From assembly GCF_036971445.1 (NCBI RefSeq), contig NC_091474.1, forward strand, positions 144,956,001 through 145,020,000: a stretch of DNA of 64,000 nt. Reading direction: 5' to 3'. The first letter of the stretch is position 1, and every line of letters starts with the position of its first letter. This document shows positions 25,551 to 39,331 of the stretch, in pieces. Under the pieces are notes generated by a model. The model made no database searches. It was not told where the DNA came from and saw nothing but the letters and a program-made list of their open reading frames with translations. The position numbers were made by a program, and so were the translations under genes. Source of the DNA: Narcine bancroftii. Its lineage: Eukaryota.

Positions 25551-28500
25551 TGTAAAAGGGGGAAATATTGTAAGTTCTGATTGTATATACTGAAGGATTT
25601 GTGTGCTCCAGTGTTGCTGGGCTTGGACTTTCTGTGTCATCTTAAAAGCGTGACCATGGAGTACTCTGGCCCACTCCCTCCAATCACGGTGCAGAACAGA
25701 AGGTCCCAAAGCTGGACACCACATGTGGTCTCTCCACCCTAAATATTGATCCCCCACTGTTTCTTTTTTTTATATTTTTTTATTTAACACTTCACCATGA
25801 ACCATATACATATTCAGTATTAATATGTACACAGTGATATTTTCTTTTTTATCCTCCCTCCCCAACCCCTCCTTAACTTAAAGCAAGAAAAAAACAAATG
25901 TAAAAAAAAGAAAAGAGAAATCGTATCATCTGATCATACGTTAAACTATTTACTTAAATATAACTTGTCACATCAAGAGGTGGATGTTTGAAATTGGTGG
26001 TTCCTAATAAACTTTATGTATGGTTCCCAAATTTGTTCAAATAAAGCATATTTGTCTCTTAGGTTGTAGGTAATTTTTTTCTATGCACCACTGTTGTATT
26101 TTGAAAGCTGTTTCCATTTTCCAAGTTATTATGCATTTTTTTTGCTGTTGCTAATGCAATCATAATGAATCGATTTTGATCTCTGTCTAATTTTTGGCCT
26201 AGTTCTTTGTCCTTTATGTTGTTTTGGTATCTTATTTTTTGTGACTCTATTTAATATTGAGTTTAAATCCTCCCAAAAGATTTTCACTTTTGTACATGTC
26301 CAAATTGCATTTACTGTAGTGCCAATTTCTTGTTTACAAGGGAAACATTTGATCGATAGTGTTGGATTCCATTCTTTTAATTTTTGAGATATAACATATC
26401 ATCTATGGAGCCAATTCTATTGAATCATATGATACTGTGTGTTTATTGTATTGTATTAGTTCCATCCATGTTTCATTCATTATCTGTATATTTAAGTCTT
26501 TTTCCCAACATTGTTTGGGTTTATATATTACTTCATAATCTTTTTCCATGTTTTGTAATTTTAATATACATGTTTATAATAAATTTTTTAACTATCTTAG
26601 TGTCTGTGATTAAATATTCAAAGCAACTACTCTCAGGTAACCTGAGACCAGCTCTCAGCTTCTCTTTTAAATATGTTTTCAGTTGATAATATGAAAATAT
26701 TGTACCATATGATATTCTATATTTATCTTTTAACTGTTCGAATGTCAATAAATTATTTCCCAAAAAGCAATCTTTTATTCTTTTAATTCCTTTTCTTGAC
26801 TATTCCTTGAAGAATAAATTATCCCTGATAAAAGGAATTAATGGGTTATGCCTCAGGAATATTTTTGGTATTTGATAATTTATCATCTTCCATTCTTGAT
26901 GTATTCTCCTCCATATTTTTCAAATATGATGTAGATGTTGTGTTGCACCTGTTTCTCATTCCTTGACACTTATAGAGTAAGTGTTCAGGAACATTTTCCT
27001 CTAACTTATATAACTCTATCTTAAGCCAAGCCAGTTTTTCTCCTGCCTGGTAGAAGTTTCACAAAACCATAAAATTTGGTAACTGCAGTCCCCCTTGTTT
27101 ATATGTCCATGTTAGTTTATCCAAAGCTACTCTTGGTTTTTTTGTCTTTCCATAGGAATTTTCTTATTAATTTATTCTGTTTTTTAAAGAATTCCATAGT
27201 AAAGGTAATGTTTGGAATAAGTACTGTAGTTGTGGAAATACATACATTTCAATGCAGTTTACTCTCCCTATTAGAGTTAGCGGTAGTTCTTCCCATTTCA
27301 ATAAATCCTCATTTTTAAAATTTGCGGTTAATAATTTAACTTGTACAAATGATTTAGATTATTATCTATTCTGATACCTAAGTAACATTTGGCCTGTGAT
27401 TGCCATTTAAAAGGAGATTCCTTTTTACACTTTGTATAGTCGACTGTATTCATTGGCATCACCTCACTTTTAGCGATATTAATCTTGTATCCTGATATCG
27501 CCCTGTATTCTTTCAGTTTTGTATTAATTTTTCAGGGTGTGTTAAGTATACTATAATATCATCTGCAAATAAACTAATTTTAAATTCTTCCTCTTTTATT
27601 TTTATTCCCTTTATCATGGAGTCTTTTCTTATCAGTTCTGCCAATGGTTCTATAGATAAAGCGCACAGGGAAGGTTTTAGTGGGCATCCCTGTCTCGTTG
27701 GCCTACTCAATTTAAAATAATCTGAAACATATCCATTTGTTACCACTCTTGCCATAGGACCATTATATAGCATCTTGATCCAATTAATGAATTCTTCCAG
27801 TAATTTAAGTTTCTGTAGTACTTTAAAAAGATAACTTCATTCAATCCTATCGAAGGCTTTCTCTGCATCAAGAGCTACTGCCACTGTTTGTATTTTGATT
27901 ACTAGTGCTGTGTGAATCATATTAATAAATTTACACACATTATCTGCCATCCTTCTGTTTTTAACAATTCTCGTCTGGTCTAGCTTCACCAATTTCAGTA
28001 CACAATCCATTAATCTATTCGCTAATAGTTTTGCAATTAATTTGGAGTCACTATTTAGTAAAGATATTGGCCTATATGAAGCTAGTGACAGTGGGTCTTT
28101 AACTGTTTTTGGAATTACTGAGATTATTTCCATTTTACAGGAATCAGGCAGATTCTGGGTCTTTTCCACTAGTTTAATTACCTCTAAGAGGAGCAGAATT
28201 AGTATATTACTGAATACCTTGTAAAACTCTGTGGGAAATCCATCTTCACCTGGTGCTTTGTTATTTGGTAGTGTCATTAGTGTAGCATATATTTCTGTGG
28301 TTGAACGGGGTTTGAGTAATTTGTCTTGTTCTTCCAATTGTAATTGAGGTAATTCATTATTTGACAAGAATTCATCTATTTCAGCATTCTTCTCTAGGAT
28401 TTCAGATTTATATTGTTGCTTATACAATTTCTATAAATTATCATTGATCTCTTGTGCTTTATATGAAATCTGATTATTCCCCTTCCTTGTTGCTATTATA

Positions 28501-29632
28501 GTCCATGTTGCTTGCTCTGTTTCTAATTGCCAAGATGAAATTTTGTGGGTTTTCTCTCCTAATTCATAATATCTTTGTTTTGTTTTCATAATATTTTTTC
28601 CACTTGATATATTTGTAATGTGTCATATTTGAATTTTTCTCCGTCAATTCTCTTTTTTTCCATATCCTCTCTTTTCATTGTCTTTCTCTATGATTACTAT
28701 ATTTTTTCCAACTGTTCTATTTCCCGGCAGTGCTCTTTTTTAATTTTGGTTTTATAACTAATTATTTGGCCTCTAATAAAGGCTTTCATCGCATCCCAAA
28801 ATATAAATTTATGGTACAGAATTTGTATTCATCTTAAATTATATTTTGATTTGTTGTTCTATATACTCCCGAGAGTCTTGTCTTTTTAACAGCATGGAAT
28901 TCAGCCTCCGCCTGTATCATTTTGTTGGAATATCCTCCAGAGCAATTGATTACAGCAAGGCTGAATGGTCTGATAAAAGACTTGTCTTATATTTAGTCTT
29001 AAGGACTCTCCCTTGTACTTGGGGCAGAGAATAAAAACATATCAATCCTAGAATAAGTTTTATGCCCATTAGAATAATATGAATTATTTCTTTCCTTTGG
29101 ATGATGTTTTTTACATATGTCTATTATTTTCATATCTTGCATTGAACTTAATATAAATTTGGCTGCTTTATTTTTGTGGTATTTTTCACATTTTTAGCTA
29201 TTGATGGGTCAAAGCTAAATTTAAAATCTCCCCCCAAGTAAATATGTTCTTGTGTATTTGATAACATTAAAAAAAATGCCCTGCATAAATTTCTGGTCAT
29301 CTGCATTAGGTGCATAAATGTTTAAGAAATTCCAAGATTCTGAATAAATCTGGCTTGCTATCATTACATAACTACTCACCAGGCCTGTTATTACCTTCTC
29401 AATTTTAATTGGTAATTTTTTATTAATTAAGATAGCTACTCCCTTGGCTTTTGAATTGTACGATGATGCTACTACATGACCTACCCACTCTCTCTTCAGT
29501 TTGAGATGTTCTGTCTCTGTTCAGTGTGTTTCTTGTATAAATGCTATGTCTATTTTTCCCTTATTTAGAAATGCAAATATTTTTATCTTTTAATATGGCT
29601 GTGAATTCCATTAATATTGATCATTACATTTT

Positions 29633-30850
29633 TATAGACAATAGACAATAGGTGCTGGAGTAGGCCATTGGCCCTTCGAGCCAGCGCCGCCATTTATCGG
29701 ATCATGGGTGATCTTTCCCTTTCAATAACCAATTCCAGCCTTATCCTCATAACCCTTAACTCCCCTGACCACAAGAGCCTCTATCCACAAATCCACTACC
29801 CTCTGTGGGAATGCATTCCACAGACCCACAACTTTCTGGGTTAAAAAAAATTCTCCTAATTTCTGTGTTAAATGGCCTTCCCTGTATTTTTAAACTATGC
29901 CCTCTAGTCCTAGTCTCACCCATCATTGTGAACAGGTGCCCTGATTTCACCCTGTCAAGTCCTTTGATAATCCTAAATCATGTCTCCCCTCATCCTTCTA
30001 AACTCCATTGCATATAATACAAGTCTTTCTAACCTATCTGCATATGACAATCCTGCCATCCCAGGAACTAACCTTGTAAACCTGCGGTGCACTCCCTCTA
30101 TAGCAAGTATGTCCTTTCTTAAATATGGGGACCAGAACTGGATGCAATACTCCAGGTAAGGTCACACCAGGACCCTGTACAACTGCAGGAGAGCTTCTCT
30201 ACTCCTATACTCCAATCCCCTCTTTATGAAAGCCAACATATTGTTCGCCTTCTTCACCACTTGCTGAACCCGCACGCTAGTTTTCAATGACTGGTGAACA
30301 AGTACACCCAGATCCCTTTGCATTACCCCACTCCCTAGCTTTACACCATTTAAATAATATTCTGCTCTCTTGTTTCTGCCTCCAAAATGGACAACCTCGC
30401 ATTTACTCACATTAAACTTCATCTGCCATCTTTCCGCCCACTCCCCTAAACTATCCAAGTCTCCTTGCAATTTCCTGACACTACCACCCAGTTTAGTGTC
30501 ATCTGCAAATTTGAATATGTAGTTATTTATCCCCCTCATCCAAATCATTTATATAAATGATAAACAACTGAGGGCTCAACACCGACCCCTGCAGGACCCC
30601 ACTCATCACGTCCTGCCATCCAGAAAATGACCCGTTTATCCCAACCCTTTGTTTCCTATTTCTCAACTAATTATCTATCCATGACAGCACCCTACCCCCG
30701 ATACCATGCTCCTTGATTTTGCAAACTAGCCTCCTCTGTAGGACTTTATTGAAGGCTTTCGGAAAGTCCAAGTACACCACATCCACTGGCTCTCCCGAGT
30801 CCACCCTCCTTGTTACATCTTCAAAAAATTCCAGGAGATTAGTCAAGCAA
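29633..30850 (-). mobile_element. CR1 LINE 3' part nested in the L1
   Basis: LTNLLEFFEDVT, YLDFPKAFNKV, KFADDTKLGG, TRGHSLK; tail (tattgtc)n. Confidence 0.92.
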
Positions 30851-32825
30851 TATATTAATTTTGTTAACCCATTTTTACCTCTATACCACTTCCTCAATCA
30901 CTCCATCTCTCTTCCTCTAAAGCTACACTTTTGAATGTTCTTATTTTTAACTATACACACTGACATAATTAACATGAAAATAACAAAAACTATAAAAAGA
31001 CTAAAGAGTTGTAAAAAAAACAAAAGGAAATCCCCCTTTAATGAATTGTCTTTGCTAACTCGCAAGACGACCACAATGCCTTTTAATTTCATGGGTTGTT
31101 GTATTTACCACATTTGTCAACTGATTTCAGAGCAGACCATCCCTTACCATCCCCAGCCCTCCCCCAGAGAAATTATAATATATTATTCTAAAAAATAAAG
31201 CAAAGCTTCTTTTTATAATCCAGCTATTGACTTTCAAACATATTTATATACATTATTTTTAAGTCTTTTGGTTGTTTTCCTTACACTTCTTGTTGCTTAT
31301 TTGGCAATTGCTCAGCAAAATAATGAGCTTTTCCTGGGTCCAAAAGCAATCTATTTTGTATGCCAGTGATAAATATTGTTCAAAACTGCAGGATGGTGTA
31401 GCACAAAATTGTAACCTTTCCTCCATAGTAAAGTTTTTGATGAGTTGAACTCCTTACGATTCTTAGATCAAAGCTTATGTCTGGGGAGAGGAATATTTTA
31501 TTCTCATTGTATTCCAATGGTCTCTTGATTTCTTTTACTCTTCTAACAGGCAGGTCCAATATGTTCTCGCTTGAAATGTATTGCAGTAGTTTTACTAGTA
31601 TGGAACAGAGTTTTTGCTGTGATTGCAGTTTTGGCGCCAAAGTCCTATGTGTTGGGTATAAGCCCGCCCTCTACTGGACATCATGATGCCCACGTCATGA
31701 TGTCACCCTTCCATATATAATCCTGTGTGTCTCTAATGCCGTTAAAAGTAAAGGAACACTTACTACCACACCTCCCGGTAAAAATAACTCTAAGATCTGT
31801 TACAGGAGACAGAATCAAAGAGTTTGGAAAATGTATGGTCCAAGTACAATACAAACAGCAGCGACCATAAACACTCTATCTCTCTCTCTCTCTCTCTACA
31901 TCGTAGATACCCAGGGACCAGCACTTTTCAGAAGAAACTGGCTGCCAAACATTCCCCTAGACTGGATGGAAATCAGTTCAAAACTAAATGTAAACCACAC
32001 AAACACTTCCCAGCCAGAACTCGACCAAATCCTCAACAACCACACAGTGGTTTTCCAACAAGAATTGGGGAAAATCAAAGGTGTTCAAGCCAAACTGCAA
32101 TACAGAACCAAAATTCTTCAAAGCCAGAACTGTCCCATTTGTTATGAAAGGAAATTTTGAGGTTGAATTGAACAGACGAAAACATGAAGGCATATTAGAA
32201 CCAATACAATACAGCGATTGGGCAGCGCCCATCGTATCCGTACAGAAAGCAAATAATAAGTTTTGCATTTGCGGAAATTACAAAGTCACCATCAATCCAT
32301 CACTCAAAATACCTGAACACCCTGTGCCCAAGGCAGAAGAATTGTTCCAAGCATTAAAAGGAATGCAAAAATTCACAAAACTAGATTTGTCACAATCATG
32401 TCAACAGAGAGAATTAGACAAAAAAAATCAAGGGAATATGCAACAATCAATATCCATCTGGGACTATTCACCTACACACCTGCCTCATGGAATTTCAGCA
32501 GCTGTGATTTTTCAAGGAACAATGGACAAATGATTACCAAGATAATATTTGGGTGTTACCAAGATTATGTCATCATCACAGGCCAAAGCTACAATGAAAA
32601 CTTACAAAACCTTGAAAAGGTTTTCACTAGACTACAACAGGCTAATATACAATTACAAAAGGACAAATATGTCTTCGTGTTCCCCTCAGTAACATCACTA
32701 CTGAAAACATATTCCTAGTATGTCTACACTATGCAGCCCGCTGAACCAATTACTCAAGAAAGATGAAACATGGTATTGGAACACAGAAACTGAAAACACA
32801 GTCAATCAACTAAAGGAAATACTCT

Positions 32826-33501
32826 CTCTTCTTTGGCTTGGCTTCGCGGACGAAGATTTATGGAAGGGGTAAATGTCCACGTCAACTGCAGGCTCGTTTG
32901 TGGCTGACAAGTCCGATGCGGGACAGGCAGACACGGTTGCAGCGATTGCAGGGGAAAATTGGTTGGTTGGGGTTGGGTGTTGGGTTTTTCCTCCTTTGCC
33001 TTTTGTCAGTGAGATGGGCTCTGCGGTCTTCTTCAAAGGAGGTTGCTGCCCGCCAAACTGTGAGGCGCCAAGATGCACGGTTTGAGGCGATATCAGCCCA
33101 CTGGCGGTGGTCAATGTGGCAGGCACCAAGAGATTTCTTTAGCAGTCCTTGTACCTCTTCTTTGGTGCACCTCTGTCACAGTGGCCAGTGGAGAGCTCGT
33201 CATATAACACGATCTTGGGAAGGCGATGGTCCTCCATTCTGGAAACGTGACCCACCCAGCGCAGCTAGATCTTCAATAGCGTGGACTCGATGCTGTCGAC
33301 CTCTGCCATCTCGAGTACTTCGACGTTAGGGATGAAAGCGCTCCAATGAATGTTGAGGATGGAGCGGAGACAACGCTGGTGGAAGCGTTCTAGGGGCCGT
33401 AGGTGATGCCAGTAGAGGACCCATGATTCGGAGCCGAACAGGAGTGTGGGTATGACAACGGCTCTGTATACGCTTATCTTTGTGAGGTTTTTCAGTTGGT
33501 T
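32826..33501 (-). mobile_element. RTE LINE 3' part nested in Gypsy pol
   Basis: High similarity to 54257-55211. Confidence 0.92.
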
Positions 33502-35574
33502 GACAAATAAGGTACTGATCCACTACGACCCGAGTATGCTTCACATGTGGGACTAGGAGTGGTACTATCCCAAATCACGGAAAAAAGGTGAGCAACCAGT
33601 AGCATTTGGTTCGTGAACATTAACCACAAGCCAACGCAATTATGCCCAACTAGAAAAAGGATTGGCAATAATTTTTGGTGTAAAAAAAAATTCCATGAAT
33701 ATCTTTATGGAAGAAAATTCACCCTGATCACAGACAACAAGCCTCTTAATTTAATTCTGGGGCCACGCAAACATATACCAGTATTAGCTGTGATCAGAAT
33801 TCAAAGATGAGCCATGCTACTAGCAGCGTACAACTGTGATATAAAATATAAACCAGGAACACTCAACATGCAAGCAGATGCCTTATCACACATGCCACTA
33901 CCCAAGACAGGACAAGAAGAAATTATTGAATGGACAGCAGAGACAGCAACTATCAACCAAGAATAACTTCAACAACTGCCCATTACAGCCCAGATCATCG
34001 GAAAGGAAACCCGAAGAGAGGCAACATTAAGCAAGATCCTATACTTCGCACTTAATGGGTGGCCCAAATCTGAAGTCATCCCAGAAGATCTAAAATCTTA
34101 CCTCACACGTCGCCATGAGCTATCAGTTGAAGAAGGATGTTTACTATGGGGTACCTGTACAATTATTCCAGTCAAATGGCAAACTACCATGTTATCAGAA
34201 CTGCACCACAACCATCCAGGAATGGTACGAGTGAAGGCACTGGCCCGGATGCATGTCTGGTGACCCTCCGTAGACAAAGTAAGAGAATGAAAAGTATGTC
34301 AGTCAATGCAGCCAAAAATGTCACAAGCCGAAGCTAACCCATGGAAATGGCCATCCAAACCCTGGCATCGGATTCATGTAGACTTTGCTGGAACATTCAT
34401 GGGTGAGACTTTCCTTATAGCAATGGATCCACATTCAAAATAGCCAGTAGTTTCACATATGAAAAACACCAAAGCAGGTCCCATGATTGACTGTCTACGA
34501 TTTATCTTTGCCACTTATGGATTGCCTCATGAATTAATTACAGACAATGGGCCTCAATTTACATCAGAACATTTTTTTTAATTTATGGCATGACGACAAT
34601 ATCAGACATATTTTGTCCGCACCCTATCACCCAAGTACTAATGGGGAGGCAGAACGTTTTGTACAAACATTCAAAAAAGCAATGAAAACCATGAAACTTC
34701 TAAATGCCTCCTGGACACACAAAATCACAGATTTCCTATTGGGAGACAGAAACACAGCACATTCTACCACAAAAAGCACCCCAGCAGAATTAATGTTTGC
34801 CCACAACCTGAAAACCAGATCATTCAGATCTGGGTCTCCAATTGCAAAAAAATCAACATCACCACAAACCTCACCTAGGACATTGGAAGTGGGAGAGAGA
34901 GTTCTGGTACAAGATTATAGATAATATAGGAGTAATCTTACAAAAATTGAGCTCTTTCTCATACTCTGTTCTAGTGGGGGACAGATTCTGGAAGCGACAC
35001 ATTGACCAATTATGAGCATTGACTGACACTAAGGTCCATGAACTGCCTCAGGAACTGGAGGAGGTGGAACCAGACCTGCCGTGGCCTGCCCCAACCATCC
35101 CACCCCTCAGGCTGAATGAGGGGGGGGGGGGGGCAGAGATGGTCACGGAGTCGAGCAGTCCAGTGAGAAGTCTAATAACTGAGACACGCAGCCAGGAGGG
35201 CAGCGAAGATGAGCAGTCACCGCCAAAGGTCAACAAAGGTGGGCAATCGCCACCGATTCGACCGCCGACCTGACTATCTATGGGTCCCGAGCAAAGACCA
35301 GCACAGCAAACCACCCTGAGGCGGTCCAAAAGAGAAAGAAGACCACCTGAATGCTTTAAGGACTATGTGCCCTGATTATTATTAAATAAATTCCCTTTTA
35401 TAATTATAATTACTCATGAGATGTATTCTAATTCTCACTTGTAGTCCTGGGCCTGATGTAATCTTATTACTTCAAAGGGGCCCAGTCAGCATTTATCGCA
35501 CGGGTGGGGGGAAGGAGTGTTGGGTATAAGCCCGCCTTCTGCTGGACATAATGATACTCATGTCATGATATCCT

Positions 35575-36002
35575 CTTCTTTAGCTTGGTTTCGCAGACGA
35601 AGATTTATGGAGGTGTATGTCCACGTCTGCTGCAGGCTCGTTGGTGACTGACAAGTCCGATGCGGGACAGGCAGGCACGGTTGCAGCAGTTGCAAGGGAA
35701 AATTGGTTGGTTGGGGTTGGGTGTTGGGATTTTCCTCCTTTGTCTTTTGTCAGTGAGGTGGGCTCTGCGGTCTTCTTCAAAGGAGGTTGCTGCCCGCCGA
35801 ACTGTGAGGCGCCAAGATGCACGGTTGGAGGTGATATCAGCCCACTGGCGGTGGTCAATGTGGCAGGCACCAAGAGATTTCTTTAAGCAGTCTTTGTACC
35901 TCTTCTTTGTTGCACCTCTGTCTCGGTGGCCAGTGGAGAGCTCGCCATAGAACACGATCTTGGGAAGGCGATGGTCCTCCATTCTGGAGACGTGACCCAC
36001 CC
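35575..36002 (-). mobile_element. RTE LINE 3' part nested in the Gypsy 3' LTR
   Basis: GHVSRMEDHRLPKIVFYGEL...CNRACLSRIGLVSH. Confidence 0.92.
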
Positions 36003-37149
36003 TTGTCAGTAGCCATATTAGTCTAATAGAAGTAAAGGATTAGAAAGCATCACGTCTCCGAGTTTTAATTGTGTGAGTGCATACACAATACTATGGGCTC
36101 TATCTCCTCTTGGAGTTCTACTCCCAAAATCTGCAGAATCCATCATTTTAAAAATCCTTTTATATCTGCACCTTCTTCAGCTTCTTTTGCACCTTCTTCA
36201 GTTTCTTTCAAGTCCATTATTTTTATATTATTATGTCTACTAAAATTCTCTAGAATGTCAATTTTCTGGGCCAATAAGTCATGTGACATCATAGTCTCTT
36301 CGTCCCTAGCTTCCAATTTTTCTTTTAATTCATTCACCTCCATTTCCACATCTGTCACTCTGTCTTCCTCTTTTTCACATTGCTTTTTCATTTCTGTCAT
36401 TTTCCATTCTTTGAATTTTTACACCTATTTCTTGTATAGACTTTCAAATAGCTTTAAACTCAAATATCATTGTTTCCATTAAAGTTCTTATTTGTTATTC
36501 AAAGTGTTTTTTATCCACCATCTGAATTTGCCTTTTGTGTTTTTTCTGTCGTTCTTTAGCTTCTTCTGAAGCTTCTCTTTCTTGGTCCATATCTTGGCTC
36601 AATAATGAGCCCGTTTCCATCATTGTTTCTTTTTTAGAATACATACTGCGCATGCACAAGGAATCGCGCATGCACACTGGCATTTCTCTTTCTGGCTCTG
36701 TGAGCCATCGCTCAAGCCCAACGTGCGAGACGGCTCCCGCCAAGCTGCTCACTTCGCGACCGCAGCTCCAGCTGTCTACTTTGGGAGAGCTCCTGGCTCG
36801 TGAACTCTGGTAGGCCTTCTTCTTTGTTGTCAGATGATTTCTTTGTTTCTTACTTGACATTATAGGCTTTTCTTTCTTTGGAGTCATCTTCAGTCTTTTT
36901 ATGTTTTATTTCTAAGTTTTTCTGTCACTTTTTTGCAACTTCCTCTGGAGAGGGCTTGTTCTACCTGACCAGCCACTACTCCATCACGTGACTCCCCCCC
37001 CCCACCCCAACTGTTTCTGAACCTGACTCCCGATTGCAAACAATTGGCTACAAAGAGCAGGTGATACAATGTGGGGGAAATCGGGAATTTATCAGAGCTG
37101 AGTCACAGCGGCTGCTCAGAGTTAACACAGGTAGTAGTTGTGAAAGAAG

Positions 37150-38462
37150 AAAAAAGTCCAGGCTAGTGATTGACTATAGCCAAACAATTAATCATTTCAC
37201 ACTCCTGGACACGTACCCCCTCCATCAAATTTCAGACATGGTAAATGAAATTGCATAGTACCGGGTCTATTTGACCATTGACCTGAAAGCTGCATACCAT
37301 CAGTTACCGATCCATTCTGAGGATGGCCCCTACACAGCATTTGAGACAGATGGATGGCTCTATCAGTTCTGGAGGGTCCCTTTTGGTATCATCAATGGGG
37401 TTTGGTCTTCCAGAGGCAGATGGACAAAATGGTCGACAAGTACAGATTGAAGAGCACCTTCCTTATCTCGACAACATCATCATTTGTGGTCACTCTCTGG
37501 AAGACCATGACGCCAACCTCCAGAGGTTTCTCCACATAGCCAAATCCCTGAACCTCACATACAACTCCAGTAAGTGCGTGTTCTGGATGAAACACCTGGC
37601 GATCCTGGGCTGTGGTGGAGAATGGCATCATTGGCCCTGACCCCGATTGAATATGCCCCCTGTTAGACCTCCTGATCCCAAGGACCATGAAAGCCTTAAG
37701 GAGGTGCCTGGGCTGCTTCTCCTACTTCACCCAGTGGATCACTCACTATGCGGATAAGGTCTGTCCCCTCTTAAAGTCCACCTCTTTCCCATTGTTGGCC
37801 GAAGCTCGGGGGCTTTCGACTACGTTCAGAGCTACATCGCAAAGGCCACTATGCATGCGGTGGACAAGAATGCACCCTTCCAGGTGGAAAGCGGTGACTG
37901 TGACGTAGCTTTGGCCACTAACTACCCTTAACCAGGTGGGCAGACCGGTTGCCTTTTTCTCCCACACCCTACAAGGCCACAAGCTTTGGAACCCATCTGT
38001 GGACAAAGAGGCCCAAGCCATCGTAGAGACCATCAGGCACTGGAGGCATTATCTGGCTGGCAGAAAATTTACACTGCTCACTGATAAGATCACTAGGTGG
38101 AGGACTGAACTCTCCACCTACAATTATGACATAGGATACAGGCCAGGTACTCTCAATGAACCTCTAGATGCCCTGTCAAGAGGAAGCTGTTCCTCTGTAC
38201 ACACCAGCCAGTTGCGGTCACTGCACAATGAGCTTTGCCACCCAGGCATCACCCACAAGGCTCATTTCATCAAGACACGCAACTGTTGAGGACATCAGGG
38301 AAATGATCAGGTCCTGCCAGGTCTGCAAGTTCAAGCTGCACTTCTACCACCCTGACAAAGCACACCTGATAAAGGCATCCCGCCCCTTTGAACAACTCCC
38401 TTCCACCAATGGAAATAAGTACTTTCTCAACGTTATTGACAAGTATTCACATTTTCCATTTG
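37150..38462 (+). mobile_element. Gypsy pol fragment (RT, RNase H, integrase start), related to the 14-16 kb element
   Basis: VIDYSQTINHFT, YLDNIIICG, RPVAFFS...WRHYLAGRKFTLLTD. Confidence 0.88.
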
Positions 38463-39030
38463 TTTGGTGCCAATTAGTCTTTGTCCTGTACTGTATTTTC
38501 CTGTACTGTAAATTGTATTCGATACGTGGCTGTATGTCATGTTAGATACCTGTTAGTCTACTCACAGAAGAACCTTTCTCACTGTACTAATTATTTTCTC
38601 ACAAATAAACATAAACTTTAACTCTGCCCCTGTGAGAAGAGTTCCGTTCCCTCTGTCTGGAGCCGACTGCAGCAGTGATTTCTATCCGTGTTTTCCAGTG
38701 CAGTAAAACCACCGAACGGCAGAGAGCAGTAAAAATGCCCGTTTTCAACCGATCCGCTTGCAAAACGATAAATACGCAAATTTTGTGCAAATGCGAATCC
38801 CGCGGAAATATCGCAACCTATTCCAAGCTTGGAAATGTTAAAAGTGCGATTATTCTGAATGACAACGCATTTTTTTATTTTCTTGCAAAAGAGCCAGTAT
38901 TTTTACACGTATACTTCAAAACAATAGATTAAATCTATCTACAGAAGTATATTTTAATGGCAATTAGGAAAATGTACTTGTGGGCCGATGGAAGTAAATG
39001 TGAAGATGGAAGTGGAGTGAGATTGTGTGT

Positions 39031-39331
39031 AAAAAGAGACCTGGTCTCACTGTATTGATCAGGCTGCGCTGCGAGGTCTATTCACGGGCGCGATCCGACT
39101 ACTGATGGGCACGGGGGCTTTGACCTGCTCCGTTTCCGACCTGGGCCGATTCACCCCTCTTCACACAACCTGGTGACGCCCGATTCCTCCGGAGACACCA
39201 TATCGATGCCCAACTTAGTGAGGACACCCGCTCAACACAGGCCGCAGCAGCCCAGAACTCCTGATCTCAAGCGATCCGACAGCCTCAGCCTCCGAGTAGC
39301 CGGATTACAGGCGCGCGCCACCGCGCCCGGC
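39031..39331 (-). ncRNA. RN7SL: 7SL / SRP RNA gene, copy 3
   Basis: Same full-length sequence; this copy has the most diverged downstream flank. Confidence 0.97.

Larger units (their letters stand above)
31650..36090 (+). mobile_element. Ty3/Gypsy LTR retrotransposon nested in L1 ORF1
   Basis: LTR starts tgttgggtataagcccgcc at 31650 and 35518, with a polypurine tract before the 3' LTR and 5-bp TSD CTATG. RT (WAAPIV, KLDLS), RNase H (FTLITDNKPL) and integrase (PYHPSTNGEAERFV) remnants are present. Confidence 0.9.
25765..37004 (-). mobile_element. Full-length degenerate L1-clade LINE split by nested insertions
   Basis: 5' end GGGAGTCACGTGATGG (~36990). ORF1 is in two parts (36091-36890 and 31280-31649); ORF2 runs from the endonuclease through RT (ALDAEKAFDR, RQGCP, LFADD) to the zinc finger at 25950-29630. 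Poly(A) tail; TSD cccc(c/a)actgtttct at 25751-25764 and 37005-37018. Confidence 0.85.
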
